DNA of 63,491 bases, the filler included, from Sphacelaria rigidula (taxonomy: Eukaryota): NCBI GenBank assembly GCA_964200075.2. It is 11 parts of 11 records of this genome, joined end to end, with 100 filler letters (N's around TTAATTAATTAA, not from the genome) between each part and the next. Parts side by side here need not be neighbours in the genome. Positions count along the whole stretch, not along the records: positions 46,252 to 51,931 come from CAXNAA020025302.1; positions 52,032 to 57,711 come from CAXNAA020025303.1; positions 57,812 to 63,491 come from CAXNAA020025304.1; 8 more parts are not named here. One strand, 5' to 3'. Position 1 is the first letter of the stretch, and every line of letters begins with the position of its first letter. The position numbers and the translations under genes were made by a program. Under the pieces are notes generated by a model that made no database searches, had not been told where the DNA came from, and saw only the letters and a list, made by a program, of their open reading frames with translations. Positions 49,201-61,565 of this stretch are shown here, one piece after another.

Positions 49201-50709
49201 GAGGGAGGGACTCACCAGCACTCCGTGCCGTACTGCAGCGCATAGATGCCGGCTTCCCGCTCCGTACAGTGGGTCTTACAAAGCTGTCAAAGATAGTTGC
49301 GAGCGCGCACCGAATGCCGATAACACGCATGTCGGAGATTCAGCTAAACAGCTGTGATTCAACTGCACAGCCCAACATCGATGAGGATCCCTCGAGAGAC
49401 GACACCACGGGCACCATGATGGCTCGTATGGTGGGTGGATATAACTGCTGTTCGGTTTGCAATAAGTAGCTAATATCGTCAGTGACCGAGCACTTCACAG
49501 TAACGTAGAAGAAATCACAAGTCTCTGATGAAACACTCACCTATATTAGCAAAGCAATGGCAAGCCACGGGCAACAGACAGCACGCAATGGAGAGCGATG
49601 GTACGACGATCATTTCTTTACCCCCAACAGTGTCTTCACTGGACTTTTTTCTGAACGGTACAGGGAAAATCTGAGTAGCAAGTATGGAAAACCAGGGACC
49701 GAGGTTGTGAGAGGATGTTGAGAAAGATGTGACCGAATTGTAGCAGTGCAGACGTTTTTTCTCCACTTCGACCACCTGTTCATTCCTAGGACGGGTACAG
49801 GAGCTTGTGAACACATGCCGTCAAAGACCGGGGACACATACATGCCCACGACAGGTACACTAGCATGTTTCATTGGGGTTCAAAGCCCGGAAGATGAAAT
49901 CTTTGATTGAAATCTTTGTATCTACACGAAATCTTGTTTAGTAGCATGCTGGCTCGTGAACATATCCTTGAAAACCAGGTACACGGAAGGACGCAGCAAC
50001 TAGGGTAGTGTCGTCTCCATGACACTCCAGGTATTATACGCCTCGGCTTCGAAAACAGTCGCCTCGTTTCGATGTGTCGTGTTCGGTTTCGGGCTTGATA
50101 TCTAGCTTGTCCGTCTGCTGCGCCAGTTCATGATCGATACTTCCATGTGATCAAGAGAAAACATGACGTTCACTTTGTTGGAACAGTATAATACAACGTG
50201 AAATTTTTCCTTTGTATACATGATTCAAGCAGGTACACGGGCACGTTGAACAATGTTCCCCCGTTGACGGGGACGTGATCGCGCCAGACCCCAGTGCATG
50301 GTAGACTGAAGGCACATGCTCCCGAGAACATCAGGGTGCCCCCCATGCCGTTTCGATCGAATTAATGGACTCCAGTCGCTCCTTTTCTGTGGGAACCAAG
50401 TACAAAAATAGCTATGGCACTTACCTCAGGAGTCATCTCATCGTCGACGAGTTCATTGCCTAGCACGCGCTCGCTGAGCTTGTCGTTGAAACATCCCAGG
50501 GAAGAATGATCAGCGGCCTGACCCACGGCTCGGGAGCTTCCATCACTCGCGTCATTGGAGCGTCCCACAGACACGCCGATGATGAGCGCGGCAGTACCGG
50601 AGAGGGCAACCAGCGCGAGTAGGTCACGTTTCCTGATCATGCCGCGGCATGTTCTACTCCGGTCGTCGTCGCGCCAAATTGGCGAGTCGTTGTCAACAAC
50701 AGCCGACAT
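46252..50709 (-). pseudogene. Mannuronan C5-epimerase with N-terminal TM anchor and WSC domain; frameshifted (pseudogene or assembly error), 3' end off contig. Exons 50709-50425, 49283-49216, 48985-48858, 48501-48394, 47705-47425, 47221-47087, 46908-46622, 46446-46252
   Basis: All introns are GT-AG and phase-compatible. WSC: SLGCFND..RVL..MTPE|LCKTHC..YALQYGTECW|CG..CDMPCAGDPDSLCGG. Catalytic region: FHEVRGHGGSLSF..TKVTSWD, GRSFINCVSE, GECRMDIINSEMG.LG, YGFDPHDDSD, HGIIASKRCN, GIFLHRSSD. A TGA at 46845-46843 falls where ESYGLT joins DKSNPEV out of frame. Confidence 0.92.
47925..48080 (+). mobile_element. Diverged arm of the foldback MITE family in an epimerase intron
   Basis: aaaatcttcgtac..ac...tgtggacttcgaatgaccgaaatattggggtcatg resembles 32565-32705. 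Confidence 0.5.
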
Positions 50710-51840
50710 ATCTTTTCTCAAACCCTCGGCAAACGTGGCCAGTTGCTGAGGAGAAGGTCTCCACTACGTCGCTGCTGCTGAAGAGGGCGACTGAGGCAGT
50801 CAAGTGCCAGCAACGGCAGAGACACGCGTCCGTATGTACGTGGCGAGTGCGGCGTGGGATGTGTGGCGGGGAGCTTGGACGGCGAGAAGTCAAGTAAGGT
50901 GTTGTGGGGCGGGGGTTGCTTGCTAAGGGTTTGTTCGTAAGTCGGATGGTTGTCATCCCGTATGCCAAACAGAACAAATTAATGCCCTGAAATACCCAAA
51001 AATATTCCGTCACGTATCCTCGGCATTACTTGTTGTTGAACGGAAGAAGGGGGGTCCCCAAATCGGCAAGGGACTTTGAGGAACACAGGAGAAGGAGAAC
51101 ATGCACGCGATCTCCATCGGTGGGAACCTGACCACAAATCAAGGTACGAAAATACCTTGACACGTACTCTGCTATTTTTTCGTGTCTGGAAGAGGAATTT
51201 TGGGTTGTTGGGTGAAGCATGCATGTGTGTATGTGAATTGGTCGACAATTTTCATCGTTTAGTTTTTCGCGATTGAGACTGCACTTTATTCTCGTTAAAC
51301 CATGAATGGAAGCTGTCAACCACTTCGTGCAAACTTCCGTGGCACCCGTGCCCGCGAAATTTACCGGCACAATTTTCTGTGGAGGCAAATATGTCTTGCA
51401 AACCCATTTTTTCGAATAATTTGGCTTCAAAAAAATGTATTCGGTTGAATCTCGGCCAGATTCAACCGAGATCGTTCGAGATCGGAGAATTCTGATTCAT
51501 TCACACATCAGTCAAGCAAAAAAATGGATGATCCATGGACGGACAGCTTGCCGGAGTATTCCCCATCAACACCAAGTGAACAAATGAAGTCAGTGAGAGA
51601 GTGAGATCTTCCGCACGCCCTCACATCACAGTTTTTCCCGACGGAATTTTTCTCAGGGTGAGACGTTTGACATTTGGAACACTACATATTTCGGATATGA
51701 TTCATGCCAATCTACCTCCATGCCCTCATGGATCATCAGTCAGCTTACATAGTCTACACAGTCACAGGCTTCTTCCGGCGACTATTACTACTATTATAGT
51801 GCCATGTAGGCCCATGGGTTTCCCTGAGCAGGAGTATATG

Positions 51841-51884
<44 letters not shown>

Positions 51885-52319
51885 CCCCCCCACCACACAC
51901 CCCCCCCCCCCACCCCTCCCCCCCCGCTCTCNNNNNNNNNNNNNNNNNNNNNNNNNNNNNNNNNNNNNNNNNNNNTTAATTAATTAANNNNNNNNNNNNN
52001 NNNNNNNNNNNNNNNNNNNNNNNNNNNNNNNAAGATCTTTTTGGTTAACGTACAGCATTGGGTTTTGTCCAGAGAGTGGAAAGTATTGAGGCTCGCGCTC
52101 GCTCGCCCCTCGCTTCTCACTCTCCCCAGCAACCCAGTTTTGCTTCCACAGCTCTCTCTCGCAAAAGAGGTTGTTTGATATTTTAGGCCAGAAGCGCCGA
52201 ACAACACTATTTTGATTTTACTGCACTGGCTCCTCGCAAGTAGCTCTACCGCTACAGTGCAAGCCTCTACTTTACTTTTCTTTCTGGTTCACATGTCACT
52301 GATACATCCGATCCAATTT

Positions 52320-54750
52320 CTTTTCAGTTGACAGTGGATAGCGGCAGCACTGGACATTTTTTGGGTGATCAGTTGCTACCCGATATCGAACGTGAAATGG
52401 TCGAGGTGGTCAAACTCGATCCACCGATGACTATTTGAACAGCGGGACGCCATCTTCTACATGGTACAGCAAAAGGAGTTCTGAACACCGTGGTGATTGA
52501 CTCTGAGGGGTACCAACGTTCTGTACGGCTCCCAGCCGTAATTGTCCCAGATTTGGGGAAGCATCATCTGTTCTCTCCTGTGCAAGCTCTTGCCAAGGGC
52601 GCTCCGACTATATTTTCTCACGAGTCCCATATAGACCTCGGAAAGTGTCAAGTGCCAATCAACAGTGACAGCAACGGCGCGTTATGCAGTACATCAGCGT
52701 GAGAGTTTCTCGGAAACCGGGGAATATTAACAACAGCTCAGCATTTACAGCTACAATTATATCAGGAGAATCTATGGGCATGGGGTCAGCTATTGTTGCA
52801 GAAGCCATTCACCACGACATGCCGGGAGTTTCAGCAGTCATGTCTGCCACAGCGGGAGCAGAGCCGACAGCTTTGACTACCACGACATGAGCAGACATTT
52901 GGCATAGGAGACTTGGACATCCCATGGAGCAGGTCATGCGCCGTCTACTGAATATTCCTGAATCAGGTGTGAACTTTGAGGGGTCACTGTCACCTTGTGT
53001 AACGTGCCAGCTTAATAAGAGTGTACAGCAGGACCACCCAAAGACCGTAGACTCCACGAACATTTCGGAACAACTGCAATTGGTCAGCACTTACCTAACA
53101 GGGCCGATTACGCCCATGGCGCAGGGTGGCTACCGCTACATGGCAAAATTTACGGATCACTTCTCGCGTTTCAAGGTAGTCTAATTCATCAAAACGAAGG
53201 ATGAGACCCTAAGTACGCTCTGCAGATTCATCCAAGATTCGGCTATTCCTTCAGGACTCCGTGTACACCGTCTGCGGTCAGAGCGTGGGGGTGAATACAT
53301 CGCGGACTATTTTAAGAAGTACATCAAGACTACGGGCATCCGCCAAGAGTTCACCATTCCATATACTCCTCAGCAGAATGGCATCAGTGAAAGAGACGGG
53401 CGGAGCATTTTGAACGTTACTCGTTGTCTCCTCAATGAATCGAATTTGCCGAAATTTCTTTGGGGAGAAATTACTGCAACTGCGGTCTTTTTAATCAATC
53501 GCCTACCGCACACGAGCATCGGCGGCGATACACCATATTTTCGAATGTTTCTCAAGCAACCGAAGCTATCATCCTTGCGAACAATCGGCTCGAGGGCGTT
53601 TGTGCACAGGGAACGTCATCACAGTAAGTCAGAAGAAAAGGTTTGGGAAGGAGTGCTAGTAGGGTATGATTCCGATAGTCCATCGTACCGCATTTACAAC
53701 CGCTACTCGGGAAAAATATCCAGCTCCAGAAACGTCACTTGCATCGAACAAGTAACAGGAGCTCCTTGCAGTGATGAAGATTTTTCGACTTTGGATATCC
53801 AGCAACCCGACGTATCTGCAGTTAATCAGGAACAACACGACGACAACAACAAAGTCAACATAAATATTTATGATGATATAGCTCAGGTAGAGGACAGCAC
53901 CACGGAGAACAAGTCACCGATTACAGGGTCGCCTATCGCCCAAAGGAGGTTGCGTTCAGCCGGTGGTCCCAATCATCATCCTCCTGGACCCGTTGTTAAC
54001 AAATGGCAAGCCAGTGAGCTAAAGCGACTAGCTTTCATGTCTTCTGTGGATCAATATGCTGCAGCAACACTGGAAATGGTATGTCAGTACAAAGCCACTG
54101 TCGGATGTGAACAGGTCGCTCCATTTTGCAGGTTGGAAAGTCAGCGATTGTTACTGGCAATTGCTACTGCGAAAAAATTGGCCTATTTTAGCCCTCGGCG
54201 TACAAACTGCTTCCTTGAACGGCAAGCTACCGGTAACAGTATTCCGGAGACAACCGCCTGGCTTCGAGACGTTCGACCCAACGACAGGAGAACCACAAGC
54301 TATGGTAATGCCGGACTTCAGGGAAAAATGCGATCAACAACGGGGACGATATTTTTTCTGTCTAACGGGCTTGTTCACTTCACTTCGAGCTTACAACGTA
54401 TAACAGCCACTTCAACGACAGAAGCCGAGTTAATTGCCCTTCCGAAATGCAGCAAATTCGCAACGTATCTCTTCATTCTGATACGAGAGCTTGGATGGTC
54501 ATCTATTGAGCCCGCGACTATCTACTCGGATTCACAAGGCGCACTTCATCTGTCTTCAAACGCCAACTTCAGCACCAGCTCGAAACACCTGGCGATACGA
54601 TTCTTCAATTCAAAAGATATGATTCGAGCCGGACAACTTAGGATAAACTATGTACGATCTTCGGAACAATTTGCGGATTTTCTCACCAAAAGCTGTGATA
54701 AAATCGTACATCAGCGACTGCTGAAGGCCATAACGGAATTTGAGCGATAA
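52320..54750 (+). pseudogene. Copia pol remnant: protease, integrase, RT fragment, RNase H
   Basis: VDSGSTGHF; WHRRLGHP..C..C; TYLTGPI..FTDHFSRF; RLRSERGGEY; PQQNGISER; EGVLVGYD; a short RT piece (NWPILALGVQTASLNG..RQPPGF); RSTTG..STTEAE..IYSDSQGA..KHLAIRF..QFADFLTK. Confidence 0.92.
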
Positions 54751-54784
54751 CGGATACTAATCTGGCAGGATATTGTTTTTCAGC

Positions 54785-54976
54785 ATCATCGTCAACGCTC
54801 AACTTCGATCATCATCGTCGACGCTCAACTTCGATCATCATCGTCAACGTTCAACTTCGTTCATCATCGTCAACGCTCAACTTCAATCATCATTGTCAAT
54901 GTTCAACTTCGATCATCATCGTCAACGCTCAACTTCGATCATCATCGTTAACGCTCAACTTCGATCATCATCGTCA
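54785..54976. repeat. 26-bp tandem repeat (catcatcgtcaacgctcaacttcgat) x about 7 in the copia 3' UTR
   Basis: Seen directly. Confidence 0.9.
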
Positions 54977-56218
54977 CCGGAGTTTGAGGAATTTGTTTTG
55001 ATTGCTTTTGTTTTATTCGATTGCAGTCTCAAGGTCCAGAGGAGCATGCTAAAACCATAGCGTGCAGACTCCTGCATGATACAAGGTCCAGAAAACACGC
55101 TGTAGGAACAATGCGTGCAACGACCTCTACGTTTGCGATGTTCTTTCCGTCCTTGCCTGCTTTGTCCTCTTTTTTCTCCCTCTTGGGAAGGGTGCTTTTT
55201 GAGGGGGGAGAGAGAGTCGGGAAACATATTTCGCATCTGTAAGTTACCGTTGATTGCTACATCGTCACATGAAGAAAAAATTTCGCGGTTTGATGTTACC
55301 GCACAATTGTTCGTTTGTTTGCTCACTTCTTTTGTAGCTCACGGAAATCTGATGCACATGCAAATACATGCGCATGTGAGCGGAGATTTGTAACAGTGAC
55401 TAGTTTCTTTTCTCAATTGGTCTAACGGTTAAGTCGTTTTTACAGTATAGACACATGAGTTGTACAACAGTACGAGTGCGTATCTCGACGATGGATTTTG
55501 TGTACTGTCAGTACTACATAGTTCGACTGATTGTATTCGCTTGCTACACATAGCTTGTAAGGTACACTATTTTCCTTTGATAGCGACATGTCAATCACGG
55601 GGGAGTGTTGCAAATTTAGACAGGACAGCCTAAGTTCTTTGTGTGTGATTGAAATTGCCGCTGCAGGATACTGTACAGCATAAGCAGCACGACTTGAATG
55701 CTATTTGTTACGGTTCAGGTGAAACTGTAAACCACGTACGTGTCGTTTCACTGTACCTTTTTCATGGTAATATAGGGTACGTTTTTAAGATCTTTTTGGT
55801 TAACGTACAGCATTGGGTTTTGTCCAGAGAGTGGAAAGTATTGAGGCTCGCGCTCGCTCGCCCCTCGCTTCTCACTCTCCCCAGCAACCCAGTTTTACTT
55901 CCACAGCTCTCTCTTGCAAAAGAGGTTGTTTGATATTTTAGGCCAGAAGCGCCGAACTACACTATTTTGATTTTACTGCACTGGCTCCTCGCAAGTAGCT
56001 CTACCGCTACAGCGCAAGCCTCTACTTAACTGTCCAGTGAGACAGTGCCGTGCCAGCGAATAATTTCCAACAAAGTGAAGCAACGAAAGCTGTCCTGGCT
56101 TGTTTGACGTAATATGCTCTGCTCGAAAGCTATTATTGGCAAGACCTTTGCGGTCGACGCTTGACGGCATGGGTCACAACTGCAACGACAAGTGGTTGAT
56201 CATAGAACACCCTTGTTC

Positions 56219-56820
56219 TGTCGACATACTTCGAGCACACTGTTTCAAGCAGCACCGACTGCTTACGATTAACCAGAAAGAAGGCAGCTCCTACAACGCC
56301 AGATATCGAGATGGGAGCAATCCAAGAGAGGAATGATACAAATATCTTTATTATCACGTTGGATACCACTGGCATAAGAAAGGGAAACACACACACTGAT
56401 CACAGAGGGGCGAGAGGGGCGGGAGTGCAGCTCCTCAGCTCTTCCGTAAACTACGACAAATAAATGTCCCTTACCCATTCCAATCTAAGAAATACGTTGT
56501 TCTCATTTTCCTTCTCAACGTGACAAGGAACAAACGTAGAGTTGTCTTAGGGTGTGATGTGCGTTCTCGATTGGAAGGGATAAAACATTTGTCATAGCTT
56601 ACAGAGGAGCTGAGGAGGTGCAACCTCTCGCCTTTCCGTGATCAGTGTGTGTGTTTTCCCTGTCTTATGCCGGTGGTATTCAACGGGATAAAAAATGTTT
56701 GCACCATACCTCTGTTAAATTGCTTCCATCTCGACAACTGGAGTTGTAGGAGCTGCCTTCTACTTTCTGGTGAAGCAGTCGGTGCTGCTTGAACCAGTGT
56801 GTGCTCGACGTATATCGACA
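56219..56820. mobile_element. 602-bp non-autonomous element with ~220-bp imperfect TIRs, TGT...ACA ends, 5-bp TSD TGTTC
   Basis: tgttc|TGTCGACATAC... and ...GTATATCGACA|tgttc. The arms remain inverted through to ggagtgcagctcctcagctc / gaggagctgaggaggtgcaacc. Confidence 0.85.
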
Positions 56821-57239
56821 TGTTCCTGGTGAAACCATATCCCTATCTCCCCTCAGCGTAGAATCTCCTCACATGGCATGATATGCCATTGCAATACACA
56901 CACACACACAGTCTGCTGAGCACTCGACCGGTTGTACATCAGACAAGGTCAGATTGCAGGGTGGCAGCCCCCACATGAGTCACGCCCGCAACAGTTTGAT
57001 CGCACCATCTGAGGTATCTTTCTTTACTCCGCATGCCAAGAATGTCTCTACGACGAGTGTTTGATCTCTCATATATCCCCCCAACTGGGGTGTATGGCAG
57101 ACTTTTCCTTGTGAACACACAGGTGCAGAGAAGTCGGGTAAAATCAACCGTGACAATAACACTCTGCACCAAGTCGTGATTGGATCTTCATATTGCCGCA
57201 ACACCGCCCTTGCTGGCATGTGTGTGTGAGTGAACAATG

Positions 57240-57539
57240 AACAACGTTTTCGTGAGATTGAGAGTAGAGCACGGATTGAGAGTGGTTTTAAACATTCGCT
57301 CTAACTTAGCCAATTCTTCGTTCCGTGTGTGCACTTCTTTGCCTCTAACACTGCCGTGTGCTTAGAGCTACATGTCGATATCCTACTCGGGGGTATCAAG
57401 CGCCTCAATGGCAAGCTAATACAGAAAGAATATCGGGCCTCGTGGAGGAACATTTCGGAAGTGAAACGGGTCATTGAGTGATTGACCGCTTTTCACACTC
57501 AATCGTATCATCTACTCTCAATTTTACGAAACCGTTGTT
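57240..57539. mobile_element. ~300-bp MITE with ~45-bp TIRs
   Basis: aacaacgttttcgtgagattgagagtaga... versus ...tctactctcaattttacgaaaccgttgtt. Confidence 0.65.
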
Positions 57540-58329
57540 AGTAGCGGTAACGGGAACATCGCCCTGCTTTTCGATGACGTGTTCTGCAGCGCACAGTGGC
57601 GCTTCCTGTCCCAAAAAAGAGGCAGAGAGGGTTCGATATTCGCAGTCAACAGGGTTGCCAGAAAAATGAGAACGTATTTTGATATGAGAATCAACCGCTC
57701 CCCGGGATTGTNNNNNNNNNNNNNNNNNNNNNNNNNNNNNNNNNNNNNNNNNNNNTTAATTAATTAANNNNNNNNNNNNNNNNNNNNNNNNNNNNNNNNN
57801 NNNNNNNNNNNCACAACAATAAAGGACTCCCCCCCCCCCCCCCACCCGTCCCCCTCCAAGTTAATCCGCTATGTAAACCAACTGAGGTCGAAATTATGTA
57901 TCTTCGTTGCCTTGAGAGGGCATCCCCTGACGGGTACTCTGTTCAATACCATACACAAAATGTCGACCTCAGTCCGTCCCCATGTAAACACGTCGTTCCC
58001 ATCTTCGGAATCGCCTGTAATATTACCAGCGCATTACAACGCTACTCGTGGCGTCCGTTCAAATATGCCAATACTTATGTTGTAGATGAGATCAGGCGCT
58101 CCTGACGATTCATAACCAATAAAGATCTTTGGTGCGACCACATAGCATGTAATGTCTCCTAAGGACCGGTAGAGTGCAGAGTGGTTCTACGGTAGGGATA
58201 TACTCGGGTACATTTTATTCCTGACGTTCTGCACTTTGGGAGCGTCTCGATGACAAACATCTGGGCCTTAGTTTGCAGCTTCAGAAAGCTTTGGGCTAGA
58301 AAGTACACCCCAACTACCGTTGAATCCCT

Positions 58330-58579
58330 TGTAATTCGTGAGAGAACCGCGTACTTGGAGGACCGCGCCGTAGTTCAAAACAGCGCAGGATTGATGTTTT
58401 TCAAAACCAATCGGGCCAGTCCCTGCAGGTACCACGCCCCTGACCATAACCCCAATACTAGCCCTAACCCTAACCCTAACCCTAACCCTAACCCTAACCC
58501 TAACCATGGGGATGTTCAAATTCCGATGCGGTCCTCTAAGCACGCGGTCCTCTCACGCATTACACTCTCACGCATTACA
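58330..58579 (-). mobile_element. Telomere-repeat-bearing MITE with (CCCTAA)7 and a duplicated right terminus
   Basis: TIRs as at 29479; ccctaa array at 58462-58503; ctctcacgcattaca is duplicated; flanks share CCCT. Confidence 0.88.
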
Positions 58580-59058
58580 CCCTTCAAGCGATCTGGTTGC
58601 CGAGTTTCGACGTGAAATAATTACTCCGAAAACTTCGGTTTGTATCCGTGGAGACTCCGATCGTGCACCTTCGGATCTATATCGGGAGCTGACAGTCTCG
58701 GGTGCTGGCCAGCGCGCGCCGGGCGCGTTTCTACTCAAGTCAGCGCATGATACTCAAACCCGCTATTTCGGTCTGCAAACGCACCCTCTGCATAGAACAA
58801 CATGTGTGCCCCTACTACCCCAGGCTTTTCGGCATCCCTTCCGTTGGGAGTATTGCTAATTGTTTTGGAGTTTATGAGGCAACACGTATGCGTCAACCAT
58901 TAAATCTGGCCACCAACTCGTGCAAATAATGTACCTCTTGGGGAGTGTGTCCTCCGTTCATCTACTACCTTGGGTAAGCCTGTTTTCTGACCACGCCTGA
59001 ATTCACGGTGGATCACTCAAAGGGCGACAAAGGGTCAATCAATCGATCAATCACTCAC

Positions 59059-59269
59059 TCAACCAACTCGGCCAGGTGGACTTCGAACGAAAACCATCGG
59101 CAGCGATCACGGAGGGAATTTCGACATGTCTTTTACGGTCCATGAGAACCACCTTCAGGACGAAATCGTCAACGTTTTTCGCACCGTTTCCGAAAGACGG
59201 AGAGAGAGATAACATTGTCCTGGCAGGAAGCAGTAGCAGCAGTGCTCCAACGACAGTCCTTGAGCCCAT
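59059..59269 (-). CDS. Possible first exon of a secreted or plastid-targeted protein (unknown)
   Basis: MGSRTVVGALLLLLPARTMLSLS is a signal-peptide-like start, and GTGAGT-type donors follow. No recognisable domain. Confidence 0.25.
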
Positions 59270-60398
59270 GATAGCCCAAATTTTGAGCAAAGGACTACAT
59301 ACGAAATACGACTTGAACACGGAACAGTTTCGACGCACCTTCATTGGCCACCAAATTTCGCCGCGTGTTCATCCTCTTCGGTTGCTTTTGTCGATCGCAT
59401 CAAAAAATGAACTGGGGCCACTATAACCTCTTTGCATACAGGAGCCAAAACACGGACTGTGGTGCAACTGTTGGCAAAGACAATATTAGCTAGAGTAGTG
59501 GGAGTATGGGGGCATTGTTTCGGCACGAGGGGGAGGATCACGGCGACAGCGGAGAAGGCAATGAGATGGAGTCAGACGGTAGGCGGGCGCGATGTTCCGA
59601 GGTGGGTGATTTTGCGGGAAACCCTGGTATGGAGCTAAATTTGCTTGCTACACGGCAACACAATGTGAGGCGTAAAATCAGTGCACTCAAGAAGGATACG
59701 GTGTGGTTCGCTGGGGGCATAGTTGTTGAGGCGATATAGCGCGTAGTTCATTGGAGTGGATTTCAAGGCATGGTTTGGCCCCCACCTTTCGTGGCGCTTA
59801 GCGCTGACGCACAATCGCTGTATTCGGCCACATTGCATCCGCCACCCGCTGAACATGTCAACCGCGTTTTGACTGTTTTCACCAGCAACAATCCCTGGGT
59901 TGCGAGCGGGCGGTTTTTAAGCATGTTTGACGATGCCCGTGGCATGTCATGGGGGTGTCCACGAAGGGTATGGCTATACTGCGAGAGTGACACTCTTTTG
60001 AACTACCTACGAAGCTACAAATATGTGTAAGGTGGCGTAGTCTAGTCTCGGCCGGGATACGGTTTCTGAAGCGTTGTGTGCTGCTGTAAGTAGGACCGGC
60101 ACGAATCCCTGAAAGACGGTAAATCCAGTTCGGGCTCTGTTTGGTGCAGTATTACAGTTACAGTTATCCTTTGAGGGGGCACAAACCCCGAAGGTGTGAA
60201 GCGGGCAACATATGCAGTCGTGAGAGCAACTACGGGATATCATTTCCCTTGTTCCACGGCGTCCCATGATATCTAGGGCGCCGGCCTTCTTCGAATGGTG
60301 CTTTTGAACTCGCTGTTGGGCAGTCCTCCACGTATTGGCCGCCAGCGCTTAGCTGTGTACTGTCTGTACGTCGGCAATCAACGCTGTCTTTTTGCGGT

Positions 60399-60571
60399 GG
60401 ACCGCGCCGTAGTTCAAAATATCTCAGGATCGACGTTTTTCAAAACCAAGTCCCTGCAGGTACCACGCCCCTGACCCTAACCCCAACACCAACCCTAACC
60501 CTAACCCCAACCATAGGGGTGTTCAAATTCCGATGCGCTGCTCTAAGCACGCGATCCTCTCACGCATTACA
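60399..60571 (-). mobile_element. Telomere-repeat-bearing MITE, one TIR partly deleted, TSD GCGGT
   Basis: gcggt|ggaccgcgccgtagttc...ccctaaccctaacc...cacgcattaca|gcggt. Confidence 0.85.
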
Positions 60572-61462
60572 GCGGTATTCAACGCTGACAGTGCAACACT
60601 GCCGTAGTATGTCCACACATTTTTCTTCGTATCTGATCTCGTGGTATACGCACTGACGCGTTCAAAGTAGTACGATGCGTATAAGAAGCACACTGACGGT
60701 GTGTGCACTGTACTGCCTTGCGACTCACTGCAGGGTTAACGTCGCAGCTCCTACAACTCGGCATGGCAGCAACACCGCAGGGTACCAAAAAGTGAATGCT
60801 ATTCCATTCACCACCCTTTGTTGCAGGGCACGAGTGAAGTTGTTCTCTTCACTCGGACGCCGTAGCCACGACACAACACTCTGTCTATCCCGCACGCTCC
60901 ACTGGTCAGATACATCACGCATATTTGATGGGTATACCGTTGGCTGTTTTCGGATTTGCCGCCGCTGGTTTACAAGTCCGCTTCGCCAGTCAGTCTTGCT
61001 GGCTGTGCCGTAGTGTGTGTTATCTATTCACTATTGGATCCACTTCGTGAAGTTTCGTTTTCCGAGCATCTATCTATCTTCAGTCGAGCTTTATCATTTT
61101 CACTGACACGTCAAGAATCGGTAGACTTTGACATCGGAAGTAAGTCCTTCAATCGTTCATAGGATATGTCCCCCAATGTCCTGTGGTCATCGGGTCAACA
61201 CAGCGAGGAAAATCGTGGTTTCGTGGGAGATGCTGTGGACCGTGTTGTGGCCAGGCGCACCAGGGATTGCCTCGGTAGCAGTATTACTGTAGAGCAAATA
61301 ATATTGCAGTGTATGAAGTAAACGACTATCGCAATATCACTGTGTGCGGTACGCAGTGTGCACTATACCTACCGAGTGTGGTACGGCACGAGTTTGTATT
61401 TTGTCAAGATATCACTGGGTACGACGGTGTACGGTAATCCGAGAGCTCAGTCGTACCGTGCT

Positions 61463-61565
61463 TTAACCCTTTGACCGCGACGGTAGGTCACCTGCTGAAT
61501 CGGGATCAATTCCACTTGAAAAAGGTCTTATGATCCAGATGGACTACCCGCGGTACAAGGGTTAA
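61463..61565. mobile_element. piggyBac-type MITE copy
   Basis: TTAA-ccctttgaccgcg...cgcggtacaaggg-TTAA. Confidence 0.8.

Larger units (their letters stand above)
52032..56072 (+). mobile_element. Ty1/copia LTR retrotransposon, gag-deleted and RT-deleted (5' LTR partial 52032-52272; 3' LTR 55606-56072)
   Basis: 52032-52272 is nearly identical to about 55787-56027. The 3' LTR runs TGTTG...CAACA after the PPT cgggggag. Domain order is PR-INT-RT-RH. Confidence 0.95.

Noticed and set aside
3412..50709. A redox/cell-wall gene cluster (thioredoxin, DUF1015, knottin, epimerase)
   Set aside because: The genes are on separate size-sorted contigs; there is no linkage evidence.
54773..55060. Repetitive ORF after copia pol as an env-like gene
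   Set aside because: It is a translation of a 26-bp tandem repeat whose length is not a multiple of three.
58462..58503. (CCCTAA)7 as a true telomere or chromosome-fusion scar
   Set aside because: It lies inside a TIR-bounded element that recurs elsewhere with TSDs.
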